From: a bacterium
GTDB lineage: Bacteria > Vulcanimicrobiota > Xenobia > Xenobiales > JADMJV01
DNA: 64,000 nucleotides
Reading direction: 5' to 3'
Assembly (NCBI GenBank): GCA_030149525.1
Contig: JASBRJ010000054.1
Coordinates: 599-64,598 of the forward strand
The position numbers were made by a program, and so were the translations under genes. The notes under the pieces are model-generated. The model saw nothing but the letters and a program-made list of their open reading frames with translations, made no database searches and was not told the origin of the DNA. This document shows, piece after piece, positions 54,580-64,000 of this stretch (the first letter of the stretch is position 1; every line of letters starts with the position of its first letter).

Positions 54580-56399
54580 AGTAGTCGACTCACAATTTGA
54601 AGAAATTTGGCTTCCTGGAAATCTCCCTTACCCAGGCAACGGTCGGCCCCGAGCAAACGAGCTTTCTGAAAGGAATCATAATCGTCGCGTGAGGTAAAAA
54701 GCACAAAAGGCAGACTGGGGTAGGGACTCTGCTCAGATCTGAGCCACTCCAAGAACTCCAGCCCGTTAAGATTCGGCATCTCCAGGTCACAAACTATCAG
54801 GTCAAAGGACTGTTCCGCAAGCTTGGCCTGCGCATCCAGGCCGTCCACCGCTTGCTCAACAGAATATCCGTTGCGTTTCAAGACGTCCAGGAGAATCGTT
54901 CTGGTCGTGACCGAATCATCCACAACCAGAACTCGCTTTCCGTCCTCCTCCACCCGGGGCACGTATTTCTGAGTCACCCGTCTTGCTGGGTTCGTCTCCA
55001 TTCTCAGATCCTCGAGATCGACGAGGAAAATCGTCTCCGCGTTCCAGGACGCGACGCCGAAGGCGGAGGGGCTAAGATGACTGACGGATGGAAGAGCATA
55101 GCCCAGGATCTCTGAAATCCCCTGGCAATCGGAGATAAGAAACCCTTTGCGGACCGACTTCTTAGCGGAAACCTCATCTTGGCACCAGACGATATAATGA
55201 GGTCTCTCCGCTTCCTGACTTTCATACCCGAAAGCTAAGCCGAGTATCGGGAGTGTGGGCTCCTCGCTTTCCAGCACTTCCACTTTTTCAATGGAGGAGG
55301 TTGCCAGCCCGAACACCTTCCCACAACTGCGCGCAATCAGGCATCGGCTCAAGAAGAACGGCGAGGGCACCTCGATCCGAAGGCATGTGCCCTGGTCCAC
55401 CGGCTTAAAGAAGACGCGCCCGTTCAATCGATGCACACTTTCTCGAACAGCCGCAAGTCCCACTCCGCGACCGGCGTGATGATCGGCGGTGTCACGAAGC
55501 GAACGACCGGTTTCAAAGAGCAGATTGACCTTCTCTTCAAGCTCCAGGGCCTCCCATGATTGCGGTCGATTCTCTTTCTCATAGGATCGACGAAGTTTGT
55601 CGAGATTGACCCCGCCTCCGTCGTCATGAACTTCCAAGCAGATGAAACGTTCATCTTGAAAAAGCTCGACGGTGAGAAGTCCCTGGGGGTCTTTACCTCT
55701 CTCGATCCGGGCCTGCGGAGTTTCGATACCGTGCACGACACTATTGCTCACCAGGTGAACGAGAGCGCCCCTGAGTTCTGTCAAATAGTCCCGCAAGATC
55801 TGATCGGTGGATGCTCGACAGTGGAGACTCACCTTCTTCGAGTGAGACGCGCTCACACTCTGAACGACCGAGTCGAGCCCCAGAAAGAGCTGGTGAACTG
55901 GAGCGAAGACGGTCTGAAAAGTGAGTTCTCTGAGCCTTCGAACCTCCGACTCAACAACCGGCTCTTTCTTCTTTTCGGCTGTCGCTTTGACCAGAGTCTC
56001 AAGCTTTGCTACCGTGCTCAAGAGTCTTTGCAAAATCGAGATGGAGCCGGCGCTCTCCACAGCCGGCATAGGAGCGGGCGCAGACTCCCTCGGTCCAGCA
56101 ACCGTTTCCCCGATCAGTTCCTGAAGTTCTCCCAGGAGTCTCTCCAGCCGAGCAAACTCCGGGGAGTGGGGAGTGAGAGGAGAGCCCAATATCTCCTCAG
56201 CCTCGTGAGCCTTTCGAGCCGCCTCCTCCAGACCCATCATGTTGGCCGAACCCTTGAGGGTATGGAGAGTCGTCTTCACCGGAGTTAAGTCGGAGTTACC
56301 CTTCTTGAACTCTTCCACGGTGTTAAACACCAACTCCAACCGCTTCCGAGTTTCGCTGGCAAACAGCTGCTGAAGAGAGGCTTCATTTGAACGACTCAA
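54576..56399 (-). CDS. cheA: CheA-REC hybrid kinase (WspE-like)
   Basis: Hpt HTLKGSA; HLVSNSVVHGIE, DDGGG, GRGVGL; C-terminal REC VVDDS...DLEMP. Confidence 0.92.
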   Translation of the reverse strand: MSRSNEASLQQLFASETRKRLELVFNTVEEFKKGNSDLTPVKTTLHTLKGSANMMGLEEAARKAHEAEEILGSPLTPHSPEFARLERLLGELQELIGETVAGPRESAPAPMPAVESAGSISILQRLLSTVAKLETLVKATAEKKKEPVVESEVRRLRELTFQTVFAPVHQLFLGLDSVVQSVSASHSKKVSLHCRASTDQILRDYLTELRGALVHLVSNSVVHGIETPQARIERGKDPQGLLTVELFQDERFICLEVHDDGGGVNLDKLRRSYEKENRPQSWEALELEEKVNLLFETGRSLRDTADHHAGRGVGLAAVRESVHRLNGRVFFKPVDQGTCLRIEVPSPFFLSRCLIARSCGKVFGLATSSIEKVEVLESEEPTLPILGLAFGYESQEAERPHYIVWCQDEVSAKKSVRKGFLISDCQGISEILGYALPSVSHLSPSAFGVASWNAETIFLVDLEDLRMETNPARRVTQKYVPRVEEDGKRVLVVDDSVTTRTILLDVLKRNGYSVEQAVDGLDAQAKLAEQSFDLIVCDLEMPNLNGLEFLEWLRSEQSPYPSLPFVLFTSRDDYDSFQKARLLGADRCLGKGDFQEAKFLQIVSRLL

Positions 56400-56839
56400 C
56401 GCAGGGCCTCCATGTCGAGAACGAGGATATCTCCGATTTTCCCCTTTGCTCCGCTCTGCTGCACAGGTGACATGTCCTCATGAAAAAGCTCGGCCAAGGA
56501 AGTTTTCCTGGGGAGTCTCAGGGCCAATGATTTGTCTCTCAGGAGCGCAAAAAGGTAGTCTGAATGGTGAACCGGACGCTCACCGATAAGCTCTACGATA
56601 TCCACCACCGGATAGGCGGAAAGCTCCCAGCAAAGTAGACCCAAACATCGATATCCGCGCCAGGAGACCCCTCTGGGACACTCCAGCGGGGTGGTCTCAA
56701 CCACTGTTGAGAAATAGCGACTGGGCAGAGCCCATCGCTGATCTTCCATGTCCACCACTAGAAAACTCGAGGTGGGCCGGCTTTCTCGGGTCTCGCGGTT
56801 GGCAAGCTCAAGAGCACGAGCATCGAAAATCTCCTTCAC
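56396..56839 (-). CDS. cheW: CheW-like adaptor (WspD-like)
   Basis: IFDARALELA, WALP, PVVDI; operon position. Confidence 0.75.
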   Translation of the reverse strand: MKEIFDARALELANRETRESRPTSSFLVVDMEDQRWALPSRYFSTVVETTPLECPRGVSWRGYRCLGLLCWELSAYPVVDIVELIGERPVHHSDYLFALLRDKSLALRLPRKTSLAELFHEDMSPVQQSGAKGKIGDILVLDMEALR

Positions 56840-57795
56840 CGGCCGGCCTCGATACGCTCCCGAATCAGTTGGGTGGAACGAAAGAATTGCTCTCCGCTCA
56901 CCCCTCTCTCGGAGAGATAGTTTTGAGTGTCGTCGTCTAGAAGATTGCGGTTCTCAAGGATGAATCCCACCCGACTTCGAGCTTCCTGGACCTGCTCTTC
57001 TTCAAGATCCACCAGGGCCAGAAAATAATGACCTGCAAGAAAGCCCTTTTTGTCCGACAGAATCGTATTGAGCTTGCTCCTGACTGCTCTGAGATCGCCA
57101 TGGGCGAAGTCTTTCAAGGCGCTCCCCAGAGTCACCGAACGCCTGCCCTCTTCCACGACCGGCTCAGGCTCGGACATCTTAGCAAGGCTCTTTGGCGGCC
57201 GCCTTGGAGGGAGAGCCGTCCGGGCTTGAAAAATGCCGTGCTGATCGAGCCTGGTCAGACCGGAATGCTCAATCAAACTCGATTCGGCGTAACCCAGAAC
57301 CAGAAGTCCGTTGGGCAAGAGCGCGTCCACAAGCTTATTCAGAACCTCTAGCTGGGTCCCCTTATCAAAGTAGATGAGAACGTTTCGGCAAACCACCACA
57401 TGGTAGGCTGCTTGCGGTGGGCGAGTCTTGAGAAGATCCGATCTTTCAAAATCCACCGAGCGCCTGACTTCGGGGGCAACGGTGTAGCGGGAGTCTCCCA
57501 CTGCTTCTATTTCGTAGGCTCGAGGAAGAAGTCGAAAAGTCTCCTCCCGATAGATCGCGAGAACGGCCTGCGCCAGGGACTCTTCGTCTTTGTCGGTGGC
57601 CCGAATGTGATGAGGCCGGCCCAGTCGATGGAGAAGATAGGAAAGAGAGTAGGCCTCTTCCCCCCGGGAGCATCCGGCACACCAAACCCGCAAAGTCTCC
57701 TTAACCGGCAAACGAGAAAGGTGACCCGTTAACGCCTCCATCTGGGCGGGATGGCGCCAAAAATAGGAATGATTGGGCAGCTTACCCTCACTCAC
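56836..57795 (-). CDS. cheR: CheR methyltransferase with C-terminal TPR (WspC-like)
   Basis: SYFWR, VWCAGCSRGEEAYS, ATD, CRNVLIYF, LGYAES; GTG start at 57795. Confidence 0.9.
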   Translation of the reverse strand: MSEGKLPNHSYFWRHPAQMEALTGHLSRLPVKETLRVWCAGCSRGEEAYSLSYLLHRLGRPHHIRATDKDEESLAQAVLAIYREETFRLLPRAYEIEAVGDSRYTVAPEVRRSVDFERSDLLKTRPPQAAYHVVVCRNVLIYFDKGTQLEVLNKLVDALLPNGLLVLGYAESSLIEHSGLTRLDQHGIFQARTALPPRRPPKSLAKMSEPEPVVEEGRRSVTLGSALKDFAHGDLRAVRSKLNTILSDKKGFLAGHYFLALVDLEEEQVQEARSRVGFILENRNLLDDDTQNYLSERGVSGEQFFRSTQLIRERIEAGR

Positions 57796-58297
57796 CGTGT
57801 GCCTCGTCCAAAAGGGCAAGCTCAGCCTCAGCCTTCTGTTTTCGCTCTTCGATAAGTTGTGTTTGCCTTTCCATGGCAAGCCTCTCCGACTCCAGAAGGA
57901 GTTGTGGCAGGACCAACACGGGGATCTGACCGTTTTCGTCGTCGATATGGGCGGCAAGACCGGGATAGGTGTTCTGACTCCCTGGTACCGGCTTGAGATC
58001 TTCCCAGCTGCAGCGCTGGAACCCCACCACTCTACCCACCCTCAGAGCCCAGGGGTTCTGTTCTTGAGCCACTAGTAGCGCATCGTAGAGGGCGATCTCC
58101 CGAGGTGGGCTTTGCAGAAGTTTGTAGAGCGGGATGACCGGAACCCATCTCTCTCCCAGCCGGAAGTACCCCTCCACCAAGGCTTGTTCGCTCCGTTCCG
58201 AGGGTTGCAAGGTTGGGCAGAGGGTCACTTCCCGGACGTCGTGAGTGTAAAATGCATAGCTTGAATCGCCTTCTTGAACCTTCAAGAGGGAAAACAT
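57788..58297 (-). CDS. cheW: CheW-like adaptor (WspB-like)
   Basis: YAF..HDVREV, VEGYFRLG..VPVI. Confidence 0.8.
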   Translation of the reverse strand: MFSLLKVQEGDSSYAFYTHDVREVTLCPTLQPSERSEQALVEGYFRLGERWVPVIPLYKLLQSPPREIALYDALLVAQEQNPWALRVGRVVGFQRCSWEDLKPVPGSQNTYPGLAAHIDDENGQIPVLVLPQLLLESERLAMERQTQLIEERKQKAEAELALLDEAHGE

Positions 58298-58300
58298 ATC

Positions 58301-59911
58301 CTAACGCACCGCCTTGAGAAGTTCACTATTCTCCAACGACTCATTCAGTTGAGCAAGACGAGCTGCGTCGGAACGAAGCTGACGGCTTTCATCCTCCACC
58401 AGCTCCGCACTCTCGCGCATGGCTTGCAACGCTTGTTCCACTTGAGTCAGGGCCGTGCTCTGTTGGCGAACGGCGGCCACAACTTGAAGGAAGGTATTGT
58501 TCCCGTGATCCACGGCATTCTTAAGCACTTTGATCGATTCTGAGGCTTGACTTGCAGCATCGTTTCCGTACTTCACTTGCTTGGAGGTCTCTTCCGTTGC
58601 AAGAACCACCCGTTGAATCTGGCTTCGCACGTCTTGCAGAGTTTCGTGAATCTCAAGCGTTGCCGTCTTGGAACGTGAGGTGAGCTTCTGCATTTCCTCG
58701 GCCAAAACGGAGAAGGAATCGCGGTTTCCGTCGTTGGCCGAGGCGAGAAGCGCTGCGTTAATACTCAAAATATTCGATCTCTCGGTCAACTCGTTCACAA
58801 AAAATACAATGCGTTCGATGCGAGCAGCCTTCTGATTGAGCTCAAGGGTGATCTCACCAACCTGGTTCACCTGGCGAGTGACAGTCTGGGCAGCTTCCAG
58901 GCTGCGGTCCACGGCACTGAGGCCCTGGGTTCCTGCAGCCTCGCGAGCGCGTGCCTCCTCTACCGACTCCGAGGCCTTCTCCGACATCTGAGAGGCGGAA
59001 ACATTCATGTCTTTGATGGTAGCAGCGATCTCCTGAATGGCTGCTGAAAGCTGAGAGATGGCGGCCGTTTGCTCCACCGCTCGCTTAGACAGAGCGGATG
59101 CGAGACCGGCGACTTTGACTCTGGCCGCGTCGACTTCGCCTGCCCCTCGACCGAGTGCCTGGGTCATCTCATTGATGGAGCGAGTCAGAGTCCCGATCTC
59201 ATCCTCCTGCTGTACCACCAGGAGGTCGTTGGGGAACTGATTATGGGCGATAGCTTCCGCCCGATTGATACAGGCCGACAGTGGCTCAAGCCGCTTCTTG
59301 ACACCTTCGAACCAGAAGTAATTGAAGAGACCGATGATGAGGACTCCTCCGACGGCGATAATCTTAAGAGCCGTGATGGCCGAATTCACCTTACTCCAGG
59401 CCTGTTTGACATACTCCGTCTCCAGATCGGTCACCGAGCGTGTGAGTTCGGCGATGTCTGTCATGAGCTGTTTGCCCTGATCGGACAAAACGATTGTCCT
59501 CGCTTGCTCCGAACTATTCTGACGGGCGAGTCTTATGGTCTCACTCAGCTCGGCCAGCTTCTCGGTCGCGGTGGTACTGAGAAGCGAGAGACGGGCCTTC
59601 TGGTCCGATTTCTCAGAAAGTTCTTGCGCCTCGGTTAGGGCCTGATTGATCTGACGTGTTTTCTTCGGAACATCCACCAGATAGTCGGAACGACCGGTGT
59701 AGAGATAGCCGCGCTGGCTACTCTCGATCTCTCTTATGAGATTCTCCGCTGTCAGCACATTCTTCACAATCTTCGAAGAGAGTTCGGCTTGAGTGGAGGC
59801 CTGATCGAAGGAAAAGACACTGATCAAGGAGAGCAATCCCATTCCCCAGGCCAGAAAAAGCGAAATGATGATGCTCCATTTGGCGCTCTGTAATAGTCCT
59901 AGTTTACTCAT
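58301..59911 (-). CDS. Methyl-accepting chemotaxis protein with CHASE3 and HAMP domains (WspA-like)
   Basis: [11 protein letters not shown] (CHASE3), DEIGTL (HAMP), [10 protein letters not shown]...[11 protein letters not shown]. Confidence 0.92.
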   Translation of the reverse strand: MSKLGLLQSAKWSIIISLFLAWGMGLLSLISVFSFDQASTQAELSSKIVKNVLTAENLIREIESSQRGYLYTGRSDYLVDVPKKTRQINQALTEAQELSEKSDQKARLSLLSTTATEKLAELSETIRLARQNSSEQARTIVLSDQGKQLMTDIAELTRSVTDLETEYVKQAWSKVNSAITALKIIAVGGVLIIGLFNYFWFEGVKKRLEPLSACINRAEAIAHNQFPNDLLVVQQEDEIGTLTRSINEMTQALGRGAGEVDAARVKVAGLASALSKRAVEQTAAISQLSAAIQEIAATIKDMNVSASQMSEKASESVEEARAREAAGTQGLSAVDRSLEAAQTVTRQVNQVGEITLELNQKAARIERIVFFVNELTERSNILSINAALLASANDGNRDSFSVLAEEMQKLTSRSKTATLEIHETLQDVRSQIQRVVLATEETSKQVKYGNDAASQASESIKVLKNAVDHGNNTFLQVVAAVRQQSTALTQVEQALQAMRESAELVEDESRQLRSDAARLAQLNESLENSELLKAVR

Positions 59912-61769
59912 GTGTTGTTTGCTCCGTCAGCACTTCGATTTTTGCGATCAATTCGTTGGTTGGGACCGGTTTGATCAGGTAGTCCGTCATTAAACCGTCC
60001 AGTCTCTCACGAAGATCGTCGGACTGGGTTCGGGCCGTGAGGGCGACCACCGGCTTTCGAGGAAGTGAGTTATCCGCCTCATGGCGCCGGATCAATTCGC
60101 AAGCTTCGATCCCGTTGAGTCCGGGCATCTGCAGGTCCATGAGAACAAGATCGAAGGAGGACTCTTTGAAGCACGCCACCGCGTCGTCGCCGTTTCTCAC
60201 CCAGTGGATGTCGAAGCCGTGTCGACCCAAGGACATACTGATTATCTGACCGTTGATGGGGTTATCCTCGGCCAAAAGGATCCTCAGTTTTTTGCCACAA
60301 GGCTTGGCGGCCTGCGGTAACTCCCCGGACTCCATCTGTTCCAGGGCGTGATGAAACTTCCAACTGACGAACGTTCCTTGAAAATCCCGCTCCGTCTCTC
60401 CATCGGAAAGCTTTGCGGTGTCGCCTTCGAGGGTCAAGATGCGAGGGGAATCCGAGTTCAGGTAGTCTTCGTCCAGGAGTTTGCCGAAGAGAGGTACCAG
60501 AGAGGTCGACTCGCCTTCTCGAAGCTGCAAAGACATCCACTCCCCAGACTCCTCGCCTGACTCCTTTTCGGCCGGAATGAACAACTCAAAAATACTTCCG
60601 GTACTATCGCTTCGCGTTAACTTCAGCCAACCCTTAAGGATGGAAGCTAATTGAGCCGAAATTGTGAGCCCCAACCCTGTTCCCTCCACCGGCTTAGCAA
60701 AGGATTGTTCCACCTGACTGAATTCTTCGAAAATTCGAGTTTGCGCCTCTTGAGGTATTCCGCTTCCGGTGTCCTCCACCAGAAATTTGAGACCGTTGCC
60801 CCATTCTTGCACCTGAACCAGGACGTAACCGCTGCGAGTGAACTTTAGAGCGTTTCCGATAAGGTTAATCAAAATTTGCCGAACAAAGGCGGGATCGGTG
60901 TCGTTCCAATGATCATGAAGGCTGTTGGGAACATGAATTCCCACCGGAATCTTTTTCTGAATAGCAAGACCCTTGATCGGCGCCAGCGTGCGTTCCAACA
61001 TAGGCCTCAGCCGAAACGCCTTCAGGTTGGGCTCCATTTTGGAGGACGCAATTTTGGAATAATCAAGAACCTTGTTAATAATGTCCAAGAGGTCCATGGA
61101 ACTCTGGTGTATGACCCTGATGGATTCGTGGGTGGACACTGAAAGTTGTGGATCGTCGAGAAGCAGCTTCGACATTCCGATAATGCCGACCATAGGAGTT
61201 CGAATCTCATGAGAGATGTTGGCTAAGAACGTGTCTTTGGCTTTTGTAGCGCGCTCTGCTCTCGCCCGAGCCTCGTCGACTTCCTGATTCTTTTTCTTCA
61301 ACTCATCGTTGGCTTGCTCGGCTTTATTTAGCTCTTCTTGAAGCCGCGATTCCAGCCTGAGAATCCGCTGGGGAACCCGTAAAATGAGGGACAATTCGGA
61401 GTTGTCGTAGGCCTTGGTCATAAAAGCATCGGCGCCGGCTTTCAAAGCCTCGATGTGCTGCTCGGCAGCCTGGCTGGTCATCACCACCAGGTAGAGATCT
61501 CGAAACTGCTGAGAGGCTCTCACCCAACGGCACAAATCCAAGCCTGTCATGCCTGCCATCATCCAGTCGGTAATGATAGCATGGAAGCTCTCGTTTCTAT
61601 TGAGCAGAGCCAGGGCTTCCGGGCCGGAAGCCGCCTCGGTGACGCAATGCCCCCATTCCTCGAGCACCTTCCTCAGGGTACGACGAGTAACCACATCGTC
61701 GTCGACGAGCAGGAGATTGAGTGAAGGCAGAGGCCCGGTACCGGAGCATGAAGACGCACTGCTATTCAT
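59904..61769 (-). CDS. Hybrid histidine kinase REC-HisKA-HATPase-REC
   Basis: LVDDD...TDWMM; SHEIRTPM; [10 protein letters not shown]; DTGSGI; GTGLGL; LAEDN...MDLQMP. Confidence 0.93.
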   Translation of the reverse strand: MNSSASSCSGTGPLPSLNLLLVDDDVVTRRTLRKVLEEWGHCVTEAASGPEALALLNRNESFHAIITDWMMAGMTGLDLCRWVRASQQFRDLYLVVMTSQAAEQHIEALKAGADAFMTKAYDNSELSLILRVPQRILRLESRLQEELNKAEQANDELKKKNQEVDEARARAERATKAKDTFLANISHEIRTPMVGIIGMSKLLLDDPQLSVSTHESIRVIHQSSMDLLDIINKVLDYSKIASSKMEPNLKAFRLRPMLERTLAPIKGLAIQKKIPVGIHVPNSLHDHWNDTDPAFVRQILINLIGNALKFTRSGYVLVQVQEWGNGLKFLVEDTGSGIPQEAQTRIFEEFSQVEQSFAKPVEGTGLGLTISAQLASILKGWLKLTRSDSTGSIFELFIPAEKESGEESGEWMSLQLREGESTSLVPLFGKLLDEDYLNSDSPRILTLEGDTAKLSDGETERDFQGTFVSWKFHHALEQMESGELPQAAKPCGKKLRILLAEDNPINGQIISMSLGRHGFDIHWVRNGDDAVACFKESSFDLVLMDLQMPGLNGIEACELIRRHEADNSLPRKPVVALTARTQSDDLRERLDGLMTDYLIKPVPTNELIAKIEVLTEQTTHE

Positions 61770-61924
61770 TCTGAACGCACCAAGCCGATTTAAGCTAATT
61801 CTTCCGTTGATGAAGCCATCAACCGATTCTGCACTATATGGACAGACGAAACGTTGTGCGCCGGGTTAGTCTACCCCTATACCAGAGGATAGGTTCATGC
61901 CGCTTTGGCCGTGAGGTCGGTATC

Positions 61925-62215
61925 CTAAGCAGCCAGCAGAGGCCCCTGGCCGAGAACTCGTCGCACGGATTCGGAAGTGCCTACCAGGCGCAAGGAGCCG
62001 CCGTGTCGGGCGAGATAGTCGGAGATGGAGTTCAGAAGCTCTACCCCAGTAACATCCAGGCTCGTGACTCCCGAAAGATCCAGGGCGATCTTAATATGCC
62101 CTTCACTGACAACTCGGTCGAGGCTTTGCAGTAGCTCTCGGTAATGCTCCATGTCGACTTCTCCATCCACCACGATGATGGGGATTCCGAACAGATCGTT
62201 TCTTAAAATGCTCAT
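61925..62215 (-). CDS. STAS-domain anti-sigma factor antagonist
   Basis: GEVD, IALDLSGVTSLDVTG. Confidence 0.85.
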   Translation of the reverse strand: MSILRNDLFGIPIIVVDGEVDMEHYRELLQSLDRVVSEGHIKIALDLSGVTSLDVTGVELLNSISDYLARHGGSLRLVGTSESVRRVLGQGPLLAA

Positions 62216-62349
62216 CTTCTTTAGTCCTCCCAGACCTTAATAACCAAATTCTATCGCCTTCGTTCGCTCGGGTCATCGGACATTTGTCGGACAGCAGGGT
62301 GGGGGAATCCCTACTTTTTTCGGCGAGCATTTCTTCCAACGGAAGGACC

Positions 62350-64000
62350 GTGAACATACCCTTCAAACTCCTTCAAATGCGTATGGACAGGCTTTTGGAA
62401 CTGCTCGGAGAGACCGAAGTCTTCTCCTCACTTGAAAACGCCGAACTTGTCCAGCTCGCCCGTTCCATGGAGTTCCGAGAGTTTGCTCCCGGCAAGGTCT
62501 TAGTGCAGCAGCACGAGATGGGAGAAGAGTTTTTCATCCTGGTCGAGGGCTCGGCCCAGGTGGTGATGCAGAGCGAGCTCTTGAGAACCGAACGTCATGT
62601 TTTAACGCTTCAGGCGGGCCAGTCTTTCGGCGAAACCTCACTTCTCACGCGAGAACCCCGAACCGCTACGGTGAAGGCCCTGGAGAAAACCGTGTGCGCT
62701 GTGCTGAACCGCGAGAATTTTCAGAACTTGTTTGAACAGGTTCCTTCGGTCAGCCGCACCATGGCGCGCTACCTAGCTCAACGTCTAACCGCTCAGTGCC
62801 GCCTAGACGGCCCCGCTTTCGTGAGCCTCAATCAGTTTCCTTATCAACCGGAACTCTTCAGAATGGTCCCGTTGGAGCTTCTGAAGCGTTGTCGGGGTGT
62901 TCCGGTTCAACTCAACGGCCGCCTCCTGACTATCGCGATGGTCCAACCCGACAACTTCAGTTTGATCCGGCTACTTCAAGAAGAACTGGTCGGTTTCCGA
63001 CTCCAGTGCGCCGCTTGTTCGGCCGACGACTATCTCTCTTACATGGCCCAACACGAGACGGCTTCCGGCCGAACGGTCAGCTTCGTGGAGAGCCACGACC
63101 CTCTACCCAGCGTGGTCAGGCTGCTCACCAACCTGCCGTCGGGGACATTGGTTCTCGATCCGGGAGCCGAAACTCAAAAAGTCTACCTCCAAAAAGGGGG
63201 GCGTCTCAGCCCACTCCTCCCCTCCCCTTCGGACCAATTTCTTCGTCAACTGGAGTCGACTTTAACCTCCTTTTTCCTAACTCATCAGGCGGTGGAGAAC
63301 GTTGTCCGCTCAATCAGGGTCGACGGACAATCCTACCTCCTTCAGGTGAGCCGCTTCGAGCACCGATCAGGTTTTCGATACTCTCTTCGACTCTCTGAGA
63401 CCAGGATACAGCCGCTCAAGCACTTCTTCCCTGCCGGGGAAATGAGAGCTGCCGTGAGGGAGGTGCTCGCTTCACCTCACTCCTTCTTGCTCATCGACGG
63501 CAGTCAAAGAAACGTGGCGGAAGCGGTTCACAAGTCCATCTTAGGAGAGCTTGTGGAAGACCTGGGAGCCCAAGGGGTTCTCTATCTTGGCGACCTCTTA
63601 GAGAGTCAGCAGGTGCCCTGCACATTGGCAGTTCACGATCCGAAGCTCGCTCCTTATCTCGAGACGGCCTTCCATCAGGGCATCACCGTGGCCGCGCATC
63701 AGGGCATCGGCCGAAAGCAGTGGAAGGAGCTGATCAGATTCCAGGGCCAACTCCCCTCCGTCCTGGCGGTTTGGAAAGAGGGACCTCTCATTCCCGCCCT
63801 GGATTACCTGATCAAAGAAGTGGCTGCAGGAGACAGCCTGCTTTACGGCTTCCATCTGTTGACCCATAAGATGGTGAGGCAGGCTTGCCCTTATTGCCGT
63901 CAACCCTACAAGCCTTCTGAGAAAGTCGGTGCAGAACTGGGATGCCGCGGTCTAGACAATGAAGACGCCTTGTATTTTCGGTCCGGGGGCTGTGAACATT
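62350..64000 (+). CDS. cNMP-binding domain fused to a degenerate PilB/GspE-like ATPase; runs off the window edge (start 62350 or 62383)
   Basis: Manual translation: FFILVEG...FGETSLLTREPRTATVKA (cNMP); VPVQLNGRLLTIAMVQPDN (GspE N-terminal domain); MVRQACPYC...FRSGGCEH (PilB Zn motif). Confidence 0.8.
   Translation, partial: MNIPFKLLQMRMDRLLELLGETEVFSSLENAELVQLARSMEFREFAPGKVLVQQHEMGEEFFILVEGSAQVVMQSELLRTERHVLTLQAGQSFGETSLLTREPRTATVKALEKTVCAVLNRENFQNLFEQVPSVSRTMARYLAQRLTAQCRLDGPAFVSLNQFPYQPELFRMVPLELLKRCRGVPVQLNGRLLTIAMVQPDNFSLIRLLQEELVGFRLQCAACSADDYLSYMAQHETASGRTVSFVESHDPLPSVVRLLTNLPSGTLVLDPGAETQKVYLQKGGRLSPLLPSPSDQFLRQLESTLTSFFLTHQAVENVVRSIRVDGQSYLLQVSRFEHRSGFRYSLRLSETRIQPLKHFFPAGEMRAAVREVLASPHSFLLIDGSQRNVAEAVHKSILGELVEDLGAQGVLYLGDLLESQQVPCTLAVHDPKLAPYLETAFHQGITVAAHQGIGRKQWKELIRFQGQLPSVLAVWKEGPLIPALDYLIKEVAAGDSLLYGFHLLTHKMVRQACPYCRQPYKPSEKVGAELGCRGLDNEDALYFRSGGCEH

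Noticed and set aside
62796-63398. 200 aa plus-strand ORF
   Set aside because: Alternate-frame overlap inside the cNMP-PilB-like gene
1-64000. CRISPR array, tRNA, rRNA, prophage or intact IS element
   Set aside because: No spaced repeat array, cloverleaf, rRNA motif, phage structural gene or transposase seen by eye

Overview
Bacterial chromosomal window, moderately GC-rich and densely coding (about 55 genes), with no rRNA, tRNA or CRISPR array visible. The gene style is reminiscent of Eremiobacterota/Vulcanimicrobiota-type genomes: many lineage-specific hypotheticals, an orphan minor-pilin cassette, degenerate pilus ATPases and a Wsp-like chemosensory operon. That placement is inference only. 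The best candidate for an undescribed system is at 37.9-45.0 kb, where two convergent operons are each led by a paralogous isocitrate dehydrogenase. One copy has NADP-type cofactor residues and is followed by an HTTM/gamma-carboxylase-like membrane protein. The other has NAD-shifted residues and is followed by a degenerate beta-carbonic anhydrase, a Cys-rich DUF6671-like protein and an intact beta-carbonic anhydrase. Both icd promoters carry the same tandem 16-bp palindromic operator (RYGWA-N6-TKCRY, 14-bp period), and a divergent winged-helix regulator sits beside the second. Other notable items: a decaying accessory islet at 24.1-27.6 kb (ccdAB, a truncated group II intron, a gene broken by a 19-bp tandem duplication, a DUF5678/retropepsin pair); a methyltransferase fused to two degenerate Nudix domains in a glycosyltransferase operon; a DUF2071-BtaA-like operon; catalytically degenerate PilT-like and cNMP-PilB-like ATPases; a divergent orphan MurC; and a possible attenuator ahead of cardiolipin synthase. 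Family names come from recalled motifs, not database searches.
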